Position numbers and translations under genes: made by a program | Shown: piece after piece, positions 11,004 through 20,577 of the stretch | Layout of the letters: the number at the start of each line of letters is the position of its first letter | Position numbering within the stretch: the stretch's first letter is position 1 | The notes under the pieces: generated by a model | What the model was told of the DNA's origin: nothing | Databases searched by the model: none | What the model saw: only the letters and a program-made list of their open reading frames with translations | Assembly: GCA_040004075.1 (NCBI GenBank) | Contig: JBDUBP010000275.1 | Span: forward strand, 1 to 41,770 | Source of the DNA: Acidobacteriota bacterium | GTDB lineage: Bacteria; Acidobacteriota; Thermoanaerobaculia; UBA5066; Gp7-AA6 | Direction of reading: 5' to 3' | Length of the DNA stretch: 41,770 nt

Positions 11004-11543
11004 TCAGTCGGGGTCGTCCACCGGAGACCGCAGAAAGTCGGACAGGTCGTAGGACCCGCTCGCGAACTGGAGGGTCAGCTGGCCCGGCTCGAAGATCGTG
11101 CGCTCCAGCGAGAGGTCGATTCCCGGAGGCATCCAGTCGTTCAGGTTGACGACCATGATGCGGTCTTCCGGGTAGAACGTCAGCAGCCCCGGAGGCGCCT
11201 TCTGCACCACGTAGTGCAGGAGCTGATCGGGAATCGGGATGAAGGAAAGCGCCTGGACCTTGTCGAGCACGAAGGCGAGAAAACCGTCCTTGAGCCGCAG
11301 CTGCGACAGGGTCGCCTTGGCGGATAAGGGGACGCCGAATCGATGCACGACGACGGTCGCGGCGAGCTCGCCCGGGGTCACCGCGATCCGAAGATCCTTC
11401 AGATCGGGAATGCGGTCGACCAGACGCTCGACAAAACCGTTCAAAGTTCGCTCATCGAAGATCAGGGATAGGCCGCTCCAGCGAACCCGTCCTTCCTCGA
11501 TGGCGGCCGGCGGGAGAATCTCCGCCGTAGCCTCGTTTTCCAT
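11004..11543 (-). CDS. Hypothetical protein, possibly LmeA/DUF2993- or YpmS-like lipid-binding fold
   Basis: ATG start with TACAAT upstream; protein-like composition with alternating hydrophobic beta strands (DERTLN..., LRLKDGFLAF, IPIPDQLL, GQLTLQF). The family call is by eye. Confidence 0.75.
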   Translation of the reverse strand: MENEATAEILPPAAIEEGRVRWSGLSLIFDERTLNGFVERLVDRIPDLKDLRIAVTPGELAATVVVHRFGVPLSAKATLSQLRLKDGFLAFVLDKVQALSFIPIPDQLLHYVVQKAPPGLLTFYPEDRIMVVNLNDWMPPGIDLSLERTIFEPGQLTLQFASGSYDLSDFLRSPVDDPD

Positions 11544-11551
11544 CTCGAATC

Positions 11552-11557
11552 ATTGTA
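11552..11557 (-). promoter_or_regulatory. Putative -10 box (TACAAT), near-leaderless
   Basis: TACAAT 8 nt before ATG 11543. Confidence 0.55.
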
Positions 11558-11577
11558 ACGCCCTGGAAGAAAGTCAG

Positions 11578-11653
11578 GAGTTGAGAGTTCAGAGTTAAGA
11601 GTAAAAGCCCGCAAAAGATCGTCTTTTGACTCTCCACTCTCGACTCTCAACTT
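11578..11653. repeat. Inverted pair of heptamer arrays (GAGTWNA)n ... (ACTCTCN)n with inner hairpin
   Basis: Left arm 11578-11605; CAAAAGA-TCG-TCTTTTG hairpin at 11612-11628; right arm 11629-11653. Confidence 0.85.
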
Positions 11654-11654
11654 C

Positions 11655-12629
11655 CTAAAACAGATACGCCAGCGCGAATCCCACCTGCGCGGCCATCATC
11701 AGCAGGTACATGTGGGTCCAGGCCGGATGGTTTTCCGTTCGCGCCAGCTCATCGGGGTCCCGCAGGAGCAGGTAGGCGGCCCAGGCGCCCCAGAGAGCGA
11801 GACCGATTCCGAGCGCTGTCAGCAGGACACGGTTTCCCGTCAGGAGCGCGCCCGTTCCGTGAGGGCCGGACGGCCAGGCGAAGACGGGAATGAGAAGCCA
11901 GGGCAGGATGAAGAACGGGGCGATGATGCGTGCCGCGCGGCGGACGCCGAACCGAATGGGAAGAGTGATGCATCCGTGAGCGCGGTCGCCCTCCATGTCC
12001 GAGAAGTCCTTGGTCGACATCGCGCCGAGCAGGAACAGGGCGAAGATTCCCCCGATGGCCCAGGCTTCGAGCGCCGCGACGCTCGCGACGAACGCCCATC
12101 CCGCCACCTTGAGCAAGCCTCCCCTCGGAATCGCAATCGTCACGTTCGCCGCGAGCCAGTGCCGCTTGGTCCTGCCGAATGCGGGGAACGAATACACGAG
12201 CGTCGCGAGGGCGCCGACGCCATAGAGGAAGAAGGCGGCGTGCAGCGGGAGGGGGGCGGCGAAACGCTCGGAGAGCCGGCTGTAGGGAAACGGCACGACG
12301 ATCCACGTCGGAAGAATCGCCAGGCCATAGAGCGCTCCCGCGGCCTGCCACGCGCGGCGGATCGTGATTTCTCCGGTGACCAGCGGCCTGTTCGGCTTGT
12401 TGCGCCGATCGATTTCGAGGTCGGCAATCTGATTGACGATGTTCGAGGCGGCGTTCAGCGCCGACGCGCACAGAGAGCCGATCGCGACGGTCAGCACGAC
12501 CGCCCACGTGACCCGCCGCGCGGGATCGGGATTGTGCGCCGAGCCGAACGCGCACACCGCGCCCGAAACGATCCCGAGGAGCGGCGGCAGAAGCGTAAAC
12601 GGCCGCGCGAGCCGGAGATATCGCTTCAA
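11655..12629 (-). CDS. UbiA-superfamily prenyltransferase (DGGGP synthase / homogentisate prenyltransferase-like motifs)
   Basis: LARPFT, NQIADLEIDRRNKPNRPLVTG (NxxxDxxxD) and KDFSDMEGD..G..TLP; multiple TM helices; TTG start. Confidence 0.9.
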   Translation of the reverse strand: MKRYLRLARPFTLLPPLLGIVSGAVCAFGSAHNPDPARRVTWAVVLTVAIGSLCASALNAASNIVNQIADLEIDRRNKPNRPLVTGEITIRRAWQAAGALYGLAILPTWIVVPFPYSRLSERFAAPLPLHAAFFLYGVGALATLVYSFPAFGRTKRHWLAANVTIAIPRGGLLKVAGWAFVASVAALEAWAIGGIFALFLLGAMSTKDFSDMEGDRAHGCITLPIRFGVRRAARIIAPFFILPWLLIPVFAWPSGPHGTGALLTGNRVLLTALGIGLALWGAWAAYLLLRDPDELARTENHPAWTHMYLLMMAAQVGFALAYLF

Positions 12630-12676
12630 GAGTCCGTCCGGGCCTGCGAGGCGGCAGTCATCGAGTGTGAGTCGCC

Positions 12677-12697
12677 AACTCTCGACTCTGAACTCTC
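12677..12697. repeat. Heptamer array (RACTCTS)x3
   Basis: AACTCTC GACTCTG AACTCTC between the DUF92 fusion gene and the UbiA gene. Confidence 0.75.
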
Positions 12698-12700
12698 ATG

Positions 12701-14065
12701 TCAACTCAGCTCAAACGGTAGATAGATCCGCCCCCTCGCGATCGACATCGCGACCTCCGCCCCGGCGGCCGCGCCCGCAAACGTGTTCAGGGCATTCGCA
12801 AACTCGTGGTCCGGACGGAACCCGCGCCGCGCGCCGAGATCCGAGAGCAGGCTCTCGCACAGCGAACCGGCCACCCCCGCAGCCCCGACGACCCACACGA
12901 GCGAGAGAGGGATCAGGCCGGCCGCATAGCCGACGCCTCCCATCGCCAGGGCGCCCGCCGCTCCGGCGACGGTGCCCTGCCACGAGACCGCGCCGGCGGT
13001 TCCCGGCGGAACGCGCCGGCCCGAGAGCAGCGAAAGGGGATGGCGGCCCGCCAGGCTCCCGACCTCCGTTCCGAGGGTGTCCGCGAGCGCGGCCGCGAAC
13101 GCCGCGGTCAGCGCCGCGAAGACGGCGTCGGGAAGAAAGGGCCGGCGGCCGGCCGCGACGAGAAGGATTGCGACCGCCAGCCCGCAGTTGGCGACGACGT
13201 GGCGAGCTCCCCGGCGTCCGTCCTCCGCCTGCGCCGTTCCCCGAGAGGACTTCGCGGCCCAGCCCAGCTTCGTCGCGGCGGTCCCCAGCGCGAAGAACGC
13301 CCAGAGGAGCTCGTACGCGCCCCAGCCTCCGATCGCGAGAAGGAGCGTCCCGACGACGAAGCCCGCGGCGGCGCCCGACGAGGAAACGATCCCGAGCCGC
13401 GCGAGGACGAAGGCGAGCACGGCGTTCAGCGCGACGGCGACGAGGAGGTTGCCCGCAAAGCCGGGATACCGGAAAAGCAGGGCCCAGGCGTCGGGACCCA
13501 CGGCGAGCGAGCCCCACAGGACGAGGGAGGCGGTGAGAGGCGCGACGAGGTTGTCTTCGACTCCGGTGCGCAGCGATTCCGCGAAGGCGAAGGCGCCGGC
13601 GGCGGCGAGGACGGGCTCGATCGCGCTCGGCGCCGGCCCCCGCGAGACGAAACGAAACAGGAAGAGACCCGCCGCCAGCGAGACGGTGAAATTGACCAGG
13701 AGACCTGCCCACGTCTTCTCCCGATTCCAGGGCAGGCGGGGCCCGCCGAAAGCGCGTCCGGCGAGGGCGGCGGCGGGGTCGCCGAAGGCGAGCATCCCCC
13801 AGACCGAGGCCGCGATCTCCAGCCGGTGCCGGTAGAGCAGCACGAGCGCGAGAACCGCGGCCGAGTAAGCGACGATGCCCGGGTCCCGGGCGCGCGAGGG
13901 ATCACGGTAGATCGCTCGGCCGATCCGCGGCATCACGAACAGATTGAAGAGGAGCGCGCCAGCGGCCAGGAGCGCCGCCCCGCGCCAGTCGAGGACCGCC
14001 AGGAGCAGCGCGAAAAGCCCCATGACGGCGTGGACCGCCTTTCGCCTGCCGTCGTGCGGGATCAA
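12701..14065 (-). CDS. Fusion of phytol/dolichol-kinase-like (CTP-dependent) domain and DUF92 (TMEM19/VTE6-like) domain
   Basis: N-half: RKAVH, GDPAAALAGRAFG..LPWNREKTWAG, EDNLVAP. C-half: ATKLG, GRRGARHVVANCG, ADTLGTEVG, VPPGTAGAVSWQGT, ESLL, ANALNT. Confidence 0.85.
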   Translation of the reverse strand: MIPHDGRRKAVHAVMGLFALLLAVLDWRGAALLAAGALLFNLFVMPRIGRAIYRDPSRARDPGIVAYSAAVLALVLLYRHRLEIAASVWGMLAFGDPAAALAGRAFGGPRLPWNREKTWAGLLVNFTVSLAAGLFLFRFVSRGPAPSAIEPVLAAAGAFAFAESLRTGVEDNLVAPLTASLVLWGSLAVGPDAWALLFRYPGFAGNLLVAVALNAVLAFVLARLGIVSSSGAAAGFVVGTLLLAIGGWGAYELLWAFFALGTAATKLGWAAKSSRGTAQAEDGRRGARHVVANCGLAVAILLVAAGRRPFLPDAVFAALTAAFAAALADTLGTEVGSLAGRHPLSLLSGRRVPPGTAGAVSWQGTVAGAAGALAMGGVGYAAGLIPLSLVWVVGAAGVAGSLCESLLSDLGARRGFRPDHEFANALNTFAGAAAGAEVAMSIARGRIYLPFELS

Positions 14066-14069
14066 ACTC

Positions 14070-14996
14070 TCACGCCTCCGGCCGGGCGCGCGCGGCGAGG
14101 TACTCGGCGAGCGCGTCGCGCCAGGGCCGAATCGGCTTTCCCGTCTTCGCCTCGTACCGTCCCGTGTCGAGAACGGAGTAGGCGGGGCGAACGGCCGGCC
14201 TCGCGAGCGTCGCCGAGTCGATCGGCAGCACGGGGACCTCTCCGCGACCGGCGAGAGAGACGATCGCCTCGGCGAACTCGAGCCAGCTCGCTTCGCCGCG
14301 GTTGGCGAAGTGGTACACGCCGGAGCCGCGCGAGAGAATCAGCGCCACGATCGCCTCGGCGAGATCCGGGGTCGCGGTGGGGCGCCCTCTCTGATCGTGG
14401 ACGACCGAGAGCTGCGCGCGCCCGGACTCGACCTGCCTCAGGATCGCCTCGACGAAGTTCCAACCCGAGCGGCCGAACAGCCACGAGCTGCGCACGACCA
14501 GGGCGTCGGGAGCCCGGAGCGCCGCTTCCTCGCCCGCGCGTTTGGTGCGGCCATACGCCGAAAGCGGCCGCGTTTCGTCCTGCTCCGTGTAGGGAGAGCC
14601 CTTCGCGCCGTCGAACACGAAGTCGGTCGAGACGTGGACGAGTTGAATCGACCGCGCGAGACACTCCTCGGCCAGAATCCCGACGGCCGCCGCGTTGACC
14701 GCGTGCGCGCGCGGATCGGTCTCGCAATCGTCGACCCTCGTGAACGCAGCGCAGTTGACGACGACGTCGGGAGCCGCTTCCCGAAAGGCGCGACCGACGG
14801 CGGCGGAATCCGTAACGTCCAGGTCTTCTAGCGCCCGCGGAACGACCTGGAACCCCGCCCGCGCGAGCGCCGGAACGACGTCGGAGCCGAGCATCCCTGT
14901 CGCCCCCGTCACGAGCGCCCGGCGCGGCGTGGCCAGCGCGACATGCCCCCCCGGAAGGGATTCCGCCGAGGACGCCGGGCCGGATGCGGTGCTCAT
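14070..14996 (-). CDS. rmlD: dTDP-4-dehydrorhamnose reductase
   Basis: GATGMLG, VNCAAFTRVDDCE, STDFVFDG, YGRTK, DQRGRPT, RPAYSVLD. Confidence 0.95.
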   Translation of the reverse strand: MSTASGPASSAESLPGGHVALATPRRALVTGATGMLGSDVVPALARAGFQVVPRALEDLDVTDSAAVGRAFREAAPDVVVNCAAFTRVDDCETDPRAHAVNAAAVGILAEECLARSIQLVHVSTDFVFDGAKGSPYTEQDETRPLSAYGRTKRAGEEAALRAPDALVVRSSWLFGRSGWNFVEAILRQVESGRAQLSVVHDQRGRPTATPDLAEAIVALILSRGSGVYHFANRGEASWLEFAEAIVSLAGRGEVPVLPIDSATLARPAVRPAYSVLDTGRYEAKTGKPIRPWRDALAEYLAARARPEA

Positions 14997-15008
14997 CGGA
15001 GCGACCGC

Positions 15009-15248
15009 CTAGGAGTCCGTCCTCGTAATCTCCTGCTGCGCGAAAGCGTGTCTCTCGCTGCGAGCGAAATGCTCGGTCTGATTCTGAGCAGGGGACTTCG
15101 CCAGTCCTCTGGACCCCTGGGGCTCGTCCGGCGTAGCCCGGCTACGCCTCCCCGCCGCCGGGGGTTCGGGGGACCGCCAGGCCCCACGCAAAGAATCAGC
15201 CGTTCGCTTCCGCTCTCGCTTCCGCCTCACCGCGTTCGCGATGGACAT
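15009..15248 (-). CDS. Possible small ORF (79 aa) spanning a palindromic element; may be non-coding
   Basis: ATG with AGGAG upstream; fills the rmlB-rmlD gap; sequence is R/A/P/S-rich with no recognisable domain. Confidence 0.25.
   Translation of the reverse strand: MSIANAVRRKRERKRTADSLRGAWRSPEPPAAGRRSRATPDEPQGSRGLAKSPAQNQTEHFARSERHAFAQQEITRTDS
15078..15199. repeat. 122-nt imperfect palindrome (MITE/RPE-like)
   Basis: CTGATTCT (15078-15085) pairs with AGAATCAG (15192-15199); apical GGCGTAGC-CCG-GCTACGCC (15130-15148) sits at the same centre. Confidence 0.8.
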
Positions 15249-15263
15249 GACTCGGACGGGCTC

Positions 15264-16316
15264 CTAGCGGCGCCCGGCCGGCTCTTTCGCCGTCGCCGAG
15301 GAGGTAGCGAGCCGGTCTCCATACTGCGTCCGGTAGTAATCCCGATACGCGGCGTCCTTCTCCTTCACCGGCCGCCACCAGTCCTCGCGGTTCCGGTACC
15401 ACGCGACGGTCTCCGAGAGGCCGCTCTCAAACGGCGTGCGGCTCGTGAACCCGAGGCGGGCGAGCTTCGACGCGTCGAGGGAATAGCGGCGGTCGTGCCC
15501 GGGGCGGTCGTTGACGAATCGGATCAGGCTCTCGGGCTTCTTCAGCTCGCGCAGGACCTGACGGGTGATTTCGATGTTTTCCGCCTCGTTACCTCCTGCG
15601 ATGTTGTAAACCTCCCCCGGCTCGCCGGCGTCCAGAAGGAAGTCGATCGCGGCCGCGTGATCGCGCACATAGAGCCAGTCGCGCACGTTGCGCCCGTCTC
15701 CATAGAGGGGCAGCGGCTGATCGTCGATCGCGTTCGTGACGAACAGCGGAATCAGCTTCTCCGGGTACTGATACGGGCCATAGTTGTTGGACGCCCGCGT
15801 GATCACGACGGGGACGCCATACGAGGCCCAGTACGAGTACGCCAGGCGGTCGCCCCCCGCCTTCGACGCGGAGTAGGGATTCCTCGGGTTCAGCGCGGAT
15901 TCCTCTGTGAACGAGCCCTCCGCGATCGTTCCGTACACTTCGTCCGTCGAGATCTGGACGAACCGCCGGACACTACGGCGGCGGGCCTCCTCGAGCAGGA
16001 CGAAGACGCCTCGTACGTCCGTCTCGATGAAGGACGCATCGCCCAGAAGCGAGCGGTCCACGTGGGTCTCGGCGGCGAAGTTCACGACGTCCGTGCACCC
16101 GTCCATAGCGGTCCGGACGGCGTCGGGGTCGGTGATGTCGCCGTGGATGAACTGATAGTTGGACCGGTGATCGACGTCCGCCAGGTTGGCGGGGTTGGCG
16201 GCGTACGTCAGCTTGTCGAGGTTGACGACGGTCACGCCGTCCCCGCGCGCCTCGAGGATCTGGCGGATGAAGTTCGATCCGATGAACCCGGACCCGCCCG
16301 TCACGAGAACCTTCAT
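15264..16316 (-). CDS. rmlB: dTDP-glucose 4,6-dehydratase
   Basis: Start reassigned to ATG 16316 (ATGA overlap with rmlA). VTGGSGFIGSNF, DKLTYA, AAETHVDRS, STDEVYG, YSASK, DRPGHDRRY. Confidence 0.96.
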   Translation of the reverse strand: MKVLVTGGSGFIGSNFIRQILEARGDGVTVVNLDKLTYAANPANLADVDHRSNYQFIHGDITDPDAVRTAMDGCTDVVNFAAETHVDRSLLGDASFIETDVRGVFVLLEEARRRSVRRFVQISTDEVYGTIAEGSFTEESALNPRNPYSASKAGGDRLAYSYWASYGVPVVITRASNNYGPYQYPEKLIPLFVTNAIDDQPLPLYGDGRNVRDWLYVRDHAAAIDFLLDAGEPGEVYNIAGGNEAENIEITRQVLRELKKPESLIRFVNDRPGHDRRYSLDASKLARLGFTSRTPFESGLSETVAWYRNREDWWRPVKEKDAAYRDYYRTQYGDRLATSSATAKEPAGRR

Positions 16317-17377
16317 ACGATACCGATCTCCGAGTTGTCTCCGATCAAGAAACGGTGGACGCGAGGGCGCTCGGCGCCCGGATGAATCCGAACGTTCGTG
16401 CCGATCAGGGAATCGGCGATGCGTCCGGGGATGCTCACGACCTGCGACCCGCGGAGGATGATCGAGTTTTCGATCTCGCACCGATCGATCAGGCAGTCCG
16501 GGCCAATGGCCGTGTACGGGCCGACAAACGCGTCCCGGATCTCGGATCCCGGTCCGATGATCGCCGGGCCTCGCACGATGCTGCGGACGAGCTTCGCCCC
16601 GTCTTCCACCACGACCTTGCCCTCGATGCGGCAGCCCGAGTCGACGCCCGCGAGACCGTTCGGCGAGAACGTGTCGAGAATGATTCGGTTCGCCTCGAGC
16701 ATGTCTTCGATCTTGCCGGTGTCCTTCCACCATCCGGAGACCAGGTGCGCATGGACCGTCTTCCCGTGGTCGATGAGCCACTGGATCGCGTCGGTGATCT
16801 CGAGCTCGTCGCGCGCGCTGGGACGGATCGCCTTGACGGCTTCCCAGATGGTGTCGTCGAACATGTAGACGCCGACCAACGCGAGATCGGATCTGGGATT
16901 CTTCGGCTTTTCGGTCAGCCGGAAGACGCGGTCCCCGTCGAGCTCCGCCACCCCGAACTGCTCCGGGTTGGGTACCTTCGCGAGCAGGATCTGAGAGTTG
17001 CAGCCGATGCGCCGGTACTCGTCGACGAGGCTCGAGATCCCGTCGGCGATCAGGTTGTCGCCGAGGTACATGACGAACGGAGATCCCCGCAGGAACTCCT
17101 CCGAGATCAGGACCGCGTGCGCGAGGCCCCGCGGGGCGTCCTGCTCGATGTAGGTGATCTTCGCGCCGAACCGGGACCCGTCGCCGAGCGCCGCCTGGAT
17201 TTCCTCCCGCGTATCACCCACGACGACGCCGATCTCGCGGATCCCCGCGGCGACGATGGCCTCGACCCCGTAGAAGAGGACGGGCTTGTTCGCGACCGGG
17301 ACGAGCTGCTTCGCCCGCGTGTACGTCAGCGGGCGCAGGCGGGTTCCCCGGCCGCCCGAGAGGATCAGACCTTTCAT
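16313..17377 (-). CDS. rmlA: Glucose-1-phosphate thymidylyltransferase, long form with C-terminal beta-helix
   Basis: Start ATG 17377. GLILSGGRGTRLRPLT, KQLVPVANKP, YLGDN, EKP, ELEITDA, WWKDTG, hexapeptide tail. Confidence 0.95.
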   Translation of the reverse strand: MKGLILSGGRGTRLRPLTYTRAKQLVPVANKPVLFYGVEAIVAAGIREIGVVVGDTREEIQAALGDGSRFGAKITYIEQDAPRGLAHAVLISEEFLRGSPFVMYLGDNLIADGISSLVDEYRRIGCNSQILLAKVPNPEQFGVAELDGDRVFRLTEKPKNPRSDLALVGVYMFDDTIWEAVKAIRPSARDELEITDAIQWLIDHGKTVHAHLVSGWWKDTGKIEDMLEANRIILDTFSPNGLAGVDSGCRIEGKVVVEDGAKLVRSIVRGPAIIGPGSEIRDAFVGPYTAIGPDCLIDRCEIENSIILRGSQVVSIPGRIADSLIGTNVRIHPGAERPRVHRFLIGDNSEIGIV

Positions 17378-17386
17378 TCGCGAGGG

Positions 17387-17392
17387 ATCATA
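17387..17392 (-). promoter_or_regulatory. Putative -10 box (TATGAT), near-leaderless
   Basis: TATGAT 9 nt before the rmlA ATG; no SD in between. Confidence 0.55.
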
Positions 17393-17400
17393 ACCGGGCG

Positions 17401-17428
17401 GGAGGCGGCAGGCGGAAGGCGTGAGGCG
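17401..17428. repeat. Heptamer array (NNAGGCG)x4
   Basis: GGAGGCG GCAGGCG GAAGGCG TGAGGCG; complement of the 352-381 unit type. Confidence 0.7.
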
Positions 17429-17488
17429 GCGGCCGAAAAGGACTCCCGCTGGCCGGCCAGCCCCACCGCCCAACCGCCCGGCGGTTTC

Positions 17489-19831
17489 TCACTGCCCGAA
17501 TATCCGGTCGACGCTCTGATGCAGATCGAGCAGGGTGCCGATGTCCTTCAGGTTGACCACGAACCGCACGTCCCGGCGCGTGGTGGGCGGCAGGCGCAGC
17601 TGCCGCACCTCCACGAAAACGGTGTAGCAGGAGGCGCGGAAGGCGACGAGCGTGCGGTCCTCGAGAAGCAGGTTCTGCCGCGCGTCGTAGTTCAACTGCG
17701 TGTCCACCCGGAACTGCTTCGAGAGCTCGATGCCCGCCGCGACCCGGAACTGGTCGGAATTCGGCGAGGGAAATCCCGCGGGAAGGGGCGTGGCCAGGAT
17801 GGGACGGCTCGCGAACCACGTCGCGTTGACGAAGCTCGTCTTGCGGTTGTAGGCGGCGGAGATCGACGTGCCCGTGACCTGAGAAGCGCCCCCGTCGTAG
17901 GAGAGCCGGCCGTCGAGGTGGAACCCCGGACCGGGCGCCACCCGGAGCGTGGCTTCGACGGGGCCTGTCTTCGTGACGAGAGGATTGGCGAACGTGGTCG
18001 CGCTCGGCAGGAGACTCTGCGGCAGAGTGAAGGCGCGCGTCTGCGCGACCTCGAACGAGGCGATTTCCTCGGCCGCCGGGGCCTTCGGGTCGGCGGCGCG
18101 GGCGAGCAGCCGATTGACCAGCGCGTAGCGGACCTGGTTCTGCCCGAGCTGCAGGTCCACCTCGTCGAACGACGGAATCCGTTCGGGATCGCCCACTTCG
18201 GACACGTAGCTGTAGTCGATCCGCGGCTCGATCACGTGTTTGAACTTGCCGAACCGGCCGATCGCTACGTCGAAGATCCGGGAAAACGACGGACCGACGA
18301 TGGAGAGGCCAGCCTCCCCGTACTCGCGGGTCAGAGATTCTCCGACGAAGCGGGTCTGCGTGGCGGAATCCGTCGAGTCCGTGTACTCGGTGAACCGGCC
18401 GCCCGCGCGGGCCGTGATCGACAGCCACGGAATTTTCTTCCAGGGGAGTGACACAGTCGGATGGACGTCGAACCGCCCGTAGTCTCCCCGTGGCAGCCCG
18501 GGCCCGCGGTTCAGGTAAAGCCAGGAGGCGGAGGACTCCAGCGCGAGGAACAACGGGGTCTGCCCGACGCGCGACGTCCGCCGGAAGAACTCCGCGCTCG
18601 GCAGGCGCTCCGAAATCACCGTCGTTCCGAAGAACGTTACCGCCCGCTCGAACCGGATGTTGAGCGAGTCGTCCCCGAAGTTCTTCGTGAGAAACGCGCG
18701 AGAGAGAATCTGCCGCGCCGAGTTCAGCGCGAACGAGCGCTCGAGGTCCTGCAGGTACTGCTCGTCGGAGTAGTCGCGCAAGGCGAGCACGCCGCGGAAG
18801 CCCCCGGGGAGATCGTCGGACACGTGGTCCAGCCGGTACTTCCAGCGGTTCTTCGTCTTCCGCGTGAAAACGCCCGTCGTTCCGTCCGGCAGCGTGCAGA
18901 AGCTCGTTTCCCCCGGCGCCTGGTCGAGCGGGACGCACACCGTCGCATCCGTGTCGTGGATCGCATACCCCTGAAAGAGCCCGGCCGACTCGGCGGTCGG
19001 GGTCCAGCGGAACTCTTCGCCGAGGCCGACGGAGCCCTTCGAATAGAGGTCCAGGTTCGACGTCAGGTCCGTCGAGCGCCCCGTGACCCAGTAGTGCGTC
19101 AGGCCGAGGTAGGCCCCTCGCGAGCTGTACCCCGCCCCCGGGACGAGCAGGCCGGAGGCGCGGTCCTCCTTCGTCGGCCAGACGAGGTAGGGCGTCCAGA
19201 GGAGAGGCACCGAGCCGGCCCGGAACGAGACGTTCTTCATGCGGGCGTAGTCGTCGAGCGTGACGATCGCCTCGGAGAGCCGGAACGACCAGGAGGGCTT
19301 CGGGACGTCGCACGCCGTGAAGAGGCCGTCGTGGATCCGGTAGGTCGCCTCGCCGATCTTCTCAATGGACTTCGCGATGACGTGGTACGCGGGCGAGAGA
19401 TCCGCCGTGGCGTCCTCCATGCGGCCCGTCTTCGCTTCGAGCTGGAAGGTCCCCCGGCTGCCCGAAAGTCGGGTCGGCCCCTGGTCGATCACGACGTGGC
19501 CCTCGAGAGTGGCGGTCTTCGTGGGAAAGTCGTACCGCGCCTTGTCGGCGGTGATCTTCACGTCCTGGTACTCGATGACGACCTCGTCCGACCCCTCCCA
19601 CGACACGTCCTTCTCGTAGTGGACGGGCTTCTTCGTGTAAAGGCGGACCTCGCCGCCCTTCGTCGGAGGCCGAAATCGCAGCTGAAAGTTGGGTCGGACC
19701 TTGAACTGGCCCTCGAACGGGTCGGAGGAGCCGAACGGGTCCTGGGCGAGAAGCGTGCCGGAACAGAAAACGGAAACGAGGAGAAGCGCCGCGGAGACGG
19801 CCGTCCGCAGGCGATCCGGCGCTGGCCTCAC
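17489..19831 (-). CDS. lptD: LPS-assembly outer-membrane protein LptD
   Basis: Start reassigned to GTG 19831 (GTGA overlap with the scoB stop), which gives a signal peptide. OstA-like N-domain (ITADKARYD), FTAC...[28 protein letters not shown]-terminal ASCY. Confidence 0.88.
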   Translation of the reverse strand: MRPAPDRLRTAVSAALLLVSVFCSGTLLAQDPFGSSDPFEGQFKVRPNFQLRFRPPTKGGEVRLYTKKPVHYEKDVSWEGSDEVVIEYQDVKITADKARYDFPTKTATLEGHVVIDQGPTRLSGSRGTFQLEAKTGRMEDATADLSPAYHVIAKSIEKIGEATYRIHDGLFTACDVPKPSWSFRLSEAIVTLDDYARMKNVSFRAGSVPLLWTPYLVWPTKEDRASGLLVPGAGYSSRGAYLGLTHYWVTGRSTDLTSNLDLYSKGSVGLGEEFRWTPTAESAGLFQGYAIHDTDATVCVPLDQAPGETSFCTLPDGTTGVFTRKTKNRWKYRLDHVSDDLPGGFRGVLALRDYSDEQYLQDLERSFALNSARQILSRAFLTKNFGDDSLNIRFERAVTFFGTTVISERLPSAEFFRRTSRVGQTPLFLALESSASWLYLNRGPGLPRGDYGRFDVHPTVSLPWKKIPWLSITARAGGRFTEYTDSTDSATQTRFVGESLTREYGEAGLSIVGPSFSRIFDVAIGRFGKFKHVIEPRIDYSYVSEVGDPERIPSFDEVDLQLGQNQVRYALVNRLLARAADPKAPAAEEIASFEVAQTRAFTLPQSLLPSATTFANPLVTKTGPVEATLRVAPGPGFHLDGRLSYDGGASQVTGTSISAAYNRKTSFVNATWFASRPILATPLPAGFPSPNSDQFRVAAGIELSKQFRVDTQLNYDARQNLLLEDRTLVAFRASCYTVFVEVRQLRLPPTTRRDVRFVVNLKDIGTLLDLHQSVDRIFGQ

Positions 19832-20487
19832 GCCGGCATGGAACGCACGTCGGAGGCGACCCGGAACGCGGCTTCGGTCCTCGCCCGAATCTCCTCCTCC
19901 CCGACTCCCGGAGCGAGCTCGACTAAGACGAGCTGGCGTTCTCTTCGATCGACGTCGAAGACGCAGAGGTCGGTGATGATGCGGTCGACGCAGCCTCGAC
20001 CCGTCAGCGGCAGCGTGCATCGCCTCAGGATCTTCTTCTCCCCCGACCGCGCCGTGTGCTCCATCGTCACCACGAGGCGGCGAGCCCCGGCAACGAGGTC
20101 CATCGCCCCGCCCATGCCCTTCACCATTTTTCCCGGGATCATGTAGTTGGCGATCGAGCCCTCCTCGTCCACCTGCATCGCCCCGAGGATCGAGAGATCG
20201 ACGTGCCCCCCCCGGATCATCGCGAAAGAGTCCGCTGAAGAGAAGTACGAAGCGCCGGGCCGGACCGTCACCGTCTCTTTTCCGGCATTGATGAGGTCGG
20301 GATCGATCTCCGCCTCCGTGGGATATGGGCCCAGCCCGAGAATTCCATTCTCCGACTGGAGGATCACTTCCATGCCCGCGGGGATGTGGTTCGCGACGAG
20401 GGTCGGCATCCCGATCCCGAGGTTCACCGTAAAGCCGTCCTCGAGCTCGAGAACGGCGCGCCGGATGATGCCTTCCCGATCGAGCAT
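19828..20487 (-). CDS. scoB: 3-oxoacid CoA-transferase subunit B
   Basis: [14 protein letters not shown] catalytic Glu, [23 protein letters not shown]; ATG 20487 preferred. Confidence 0.95.
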   Translation of the reverse strand: MLDREGIIRRAVLELEDGFTVNLGIGMPTLVANHIPAGMEVILQSENGILGLGPYPTEAEIDPDLINAGKETVTVRPGASYFSSADSFAMIRGGHVDLSILGAMQVDEEGSIANYMIPGKMVKGMGGAMDLVAGARRLVVTMEHTARSGEKKILRRCTLPLTGRGCVDRIITDLCVFDVDRRERQLVLVELAPGVGEEEIRARTEAAFRVASDVRSMPA

Positions 20488-20495
20488 GGAGATCA

Positions 20496-20577
20496 AGTTA
20501 TCAGTTGTCAGTCGTCAGTTTTCAGTGGTCCAACTCGAAGGCCGGGACTGAGACTGAGAACTGAGGACTGAAAACTA
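20496..20577. repeat. Inverted pair of heptamer arrays between scoA and scoB
   Basis: AGTTATC AGTTGTC AGTCGTC AGTTTTC ... ACTGAGA ACTGAGG ACTGAAA ACTA; includes the scoA stop codon. Confidence 0.88.

Noticed and set aside
11655-12629. Calling the UbiA gene chlorophyll synthase or menA/ubiA
   Set aside because: There is no photosynthesis or quinone pathway context, and motifs alone cannot fix the substrate, so no symbol was assigned.
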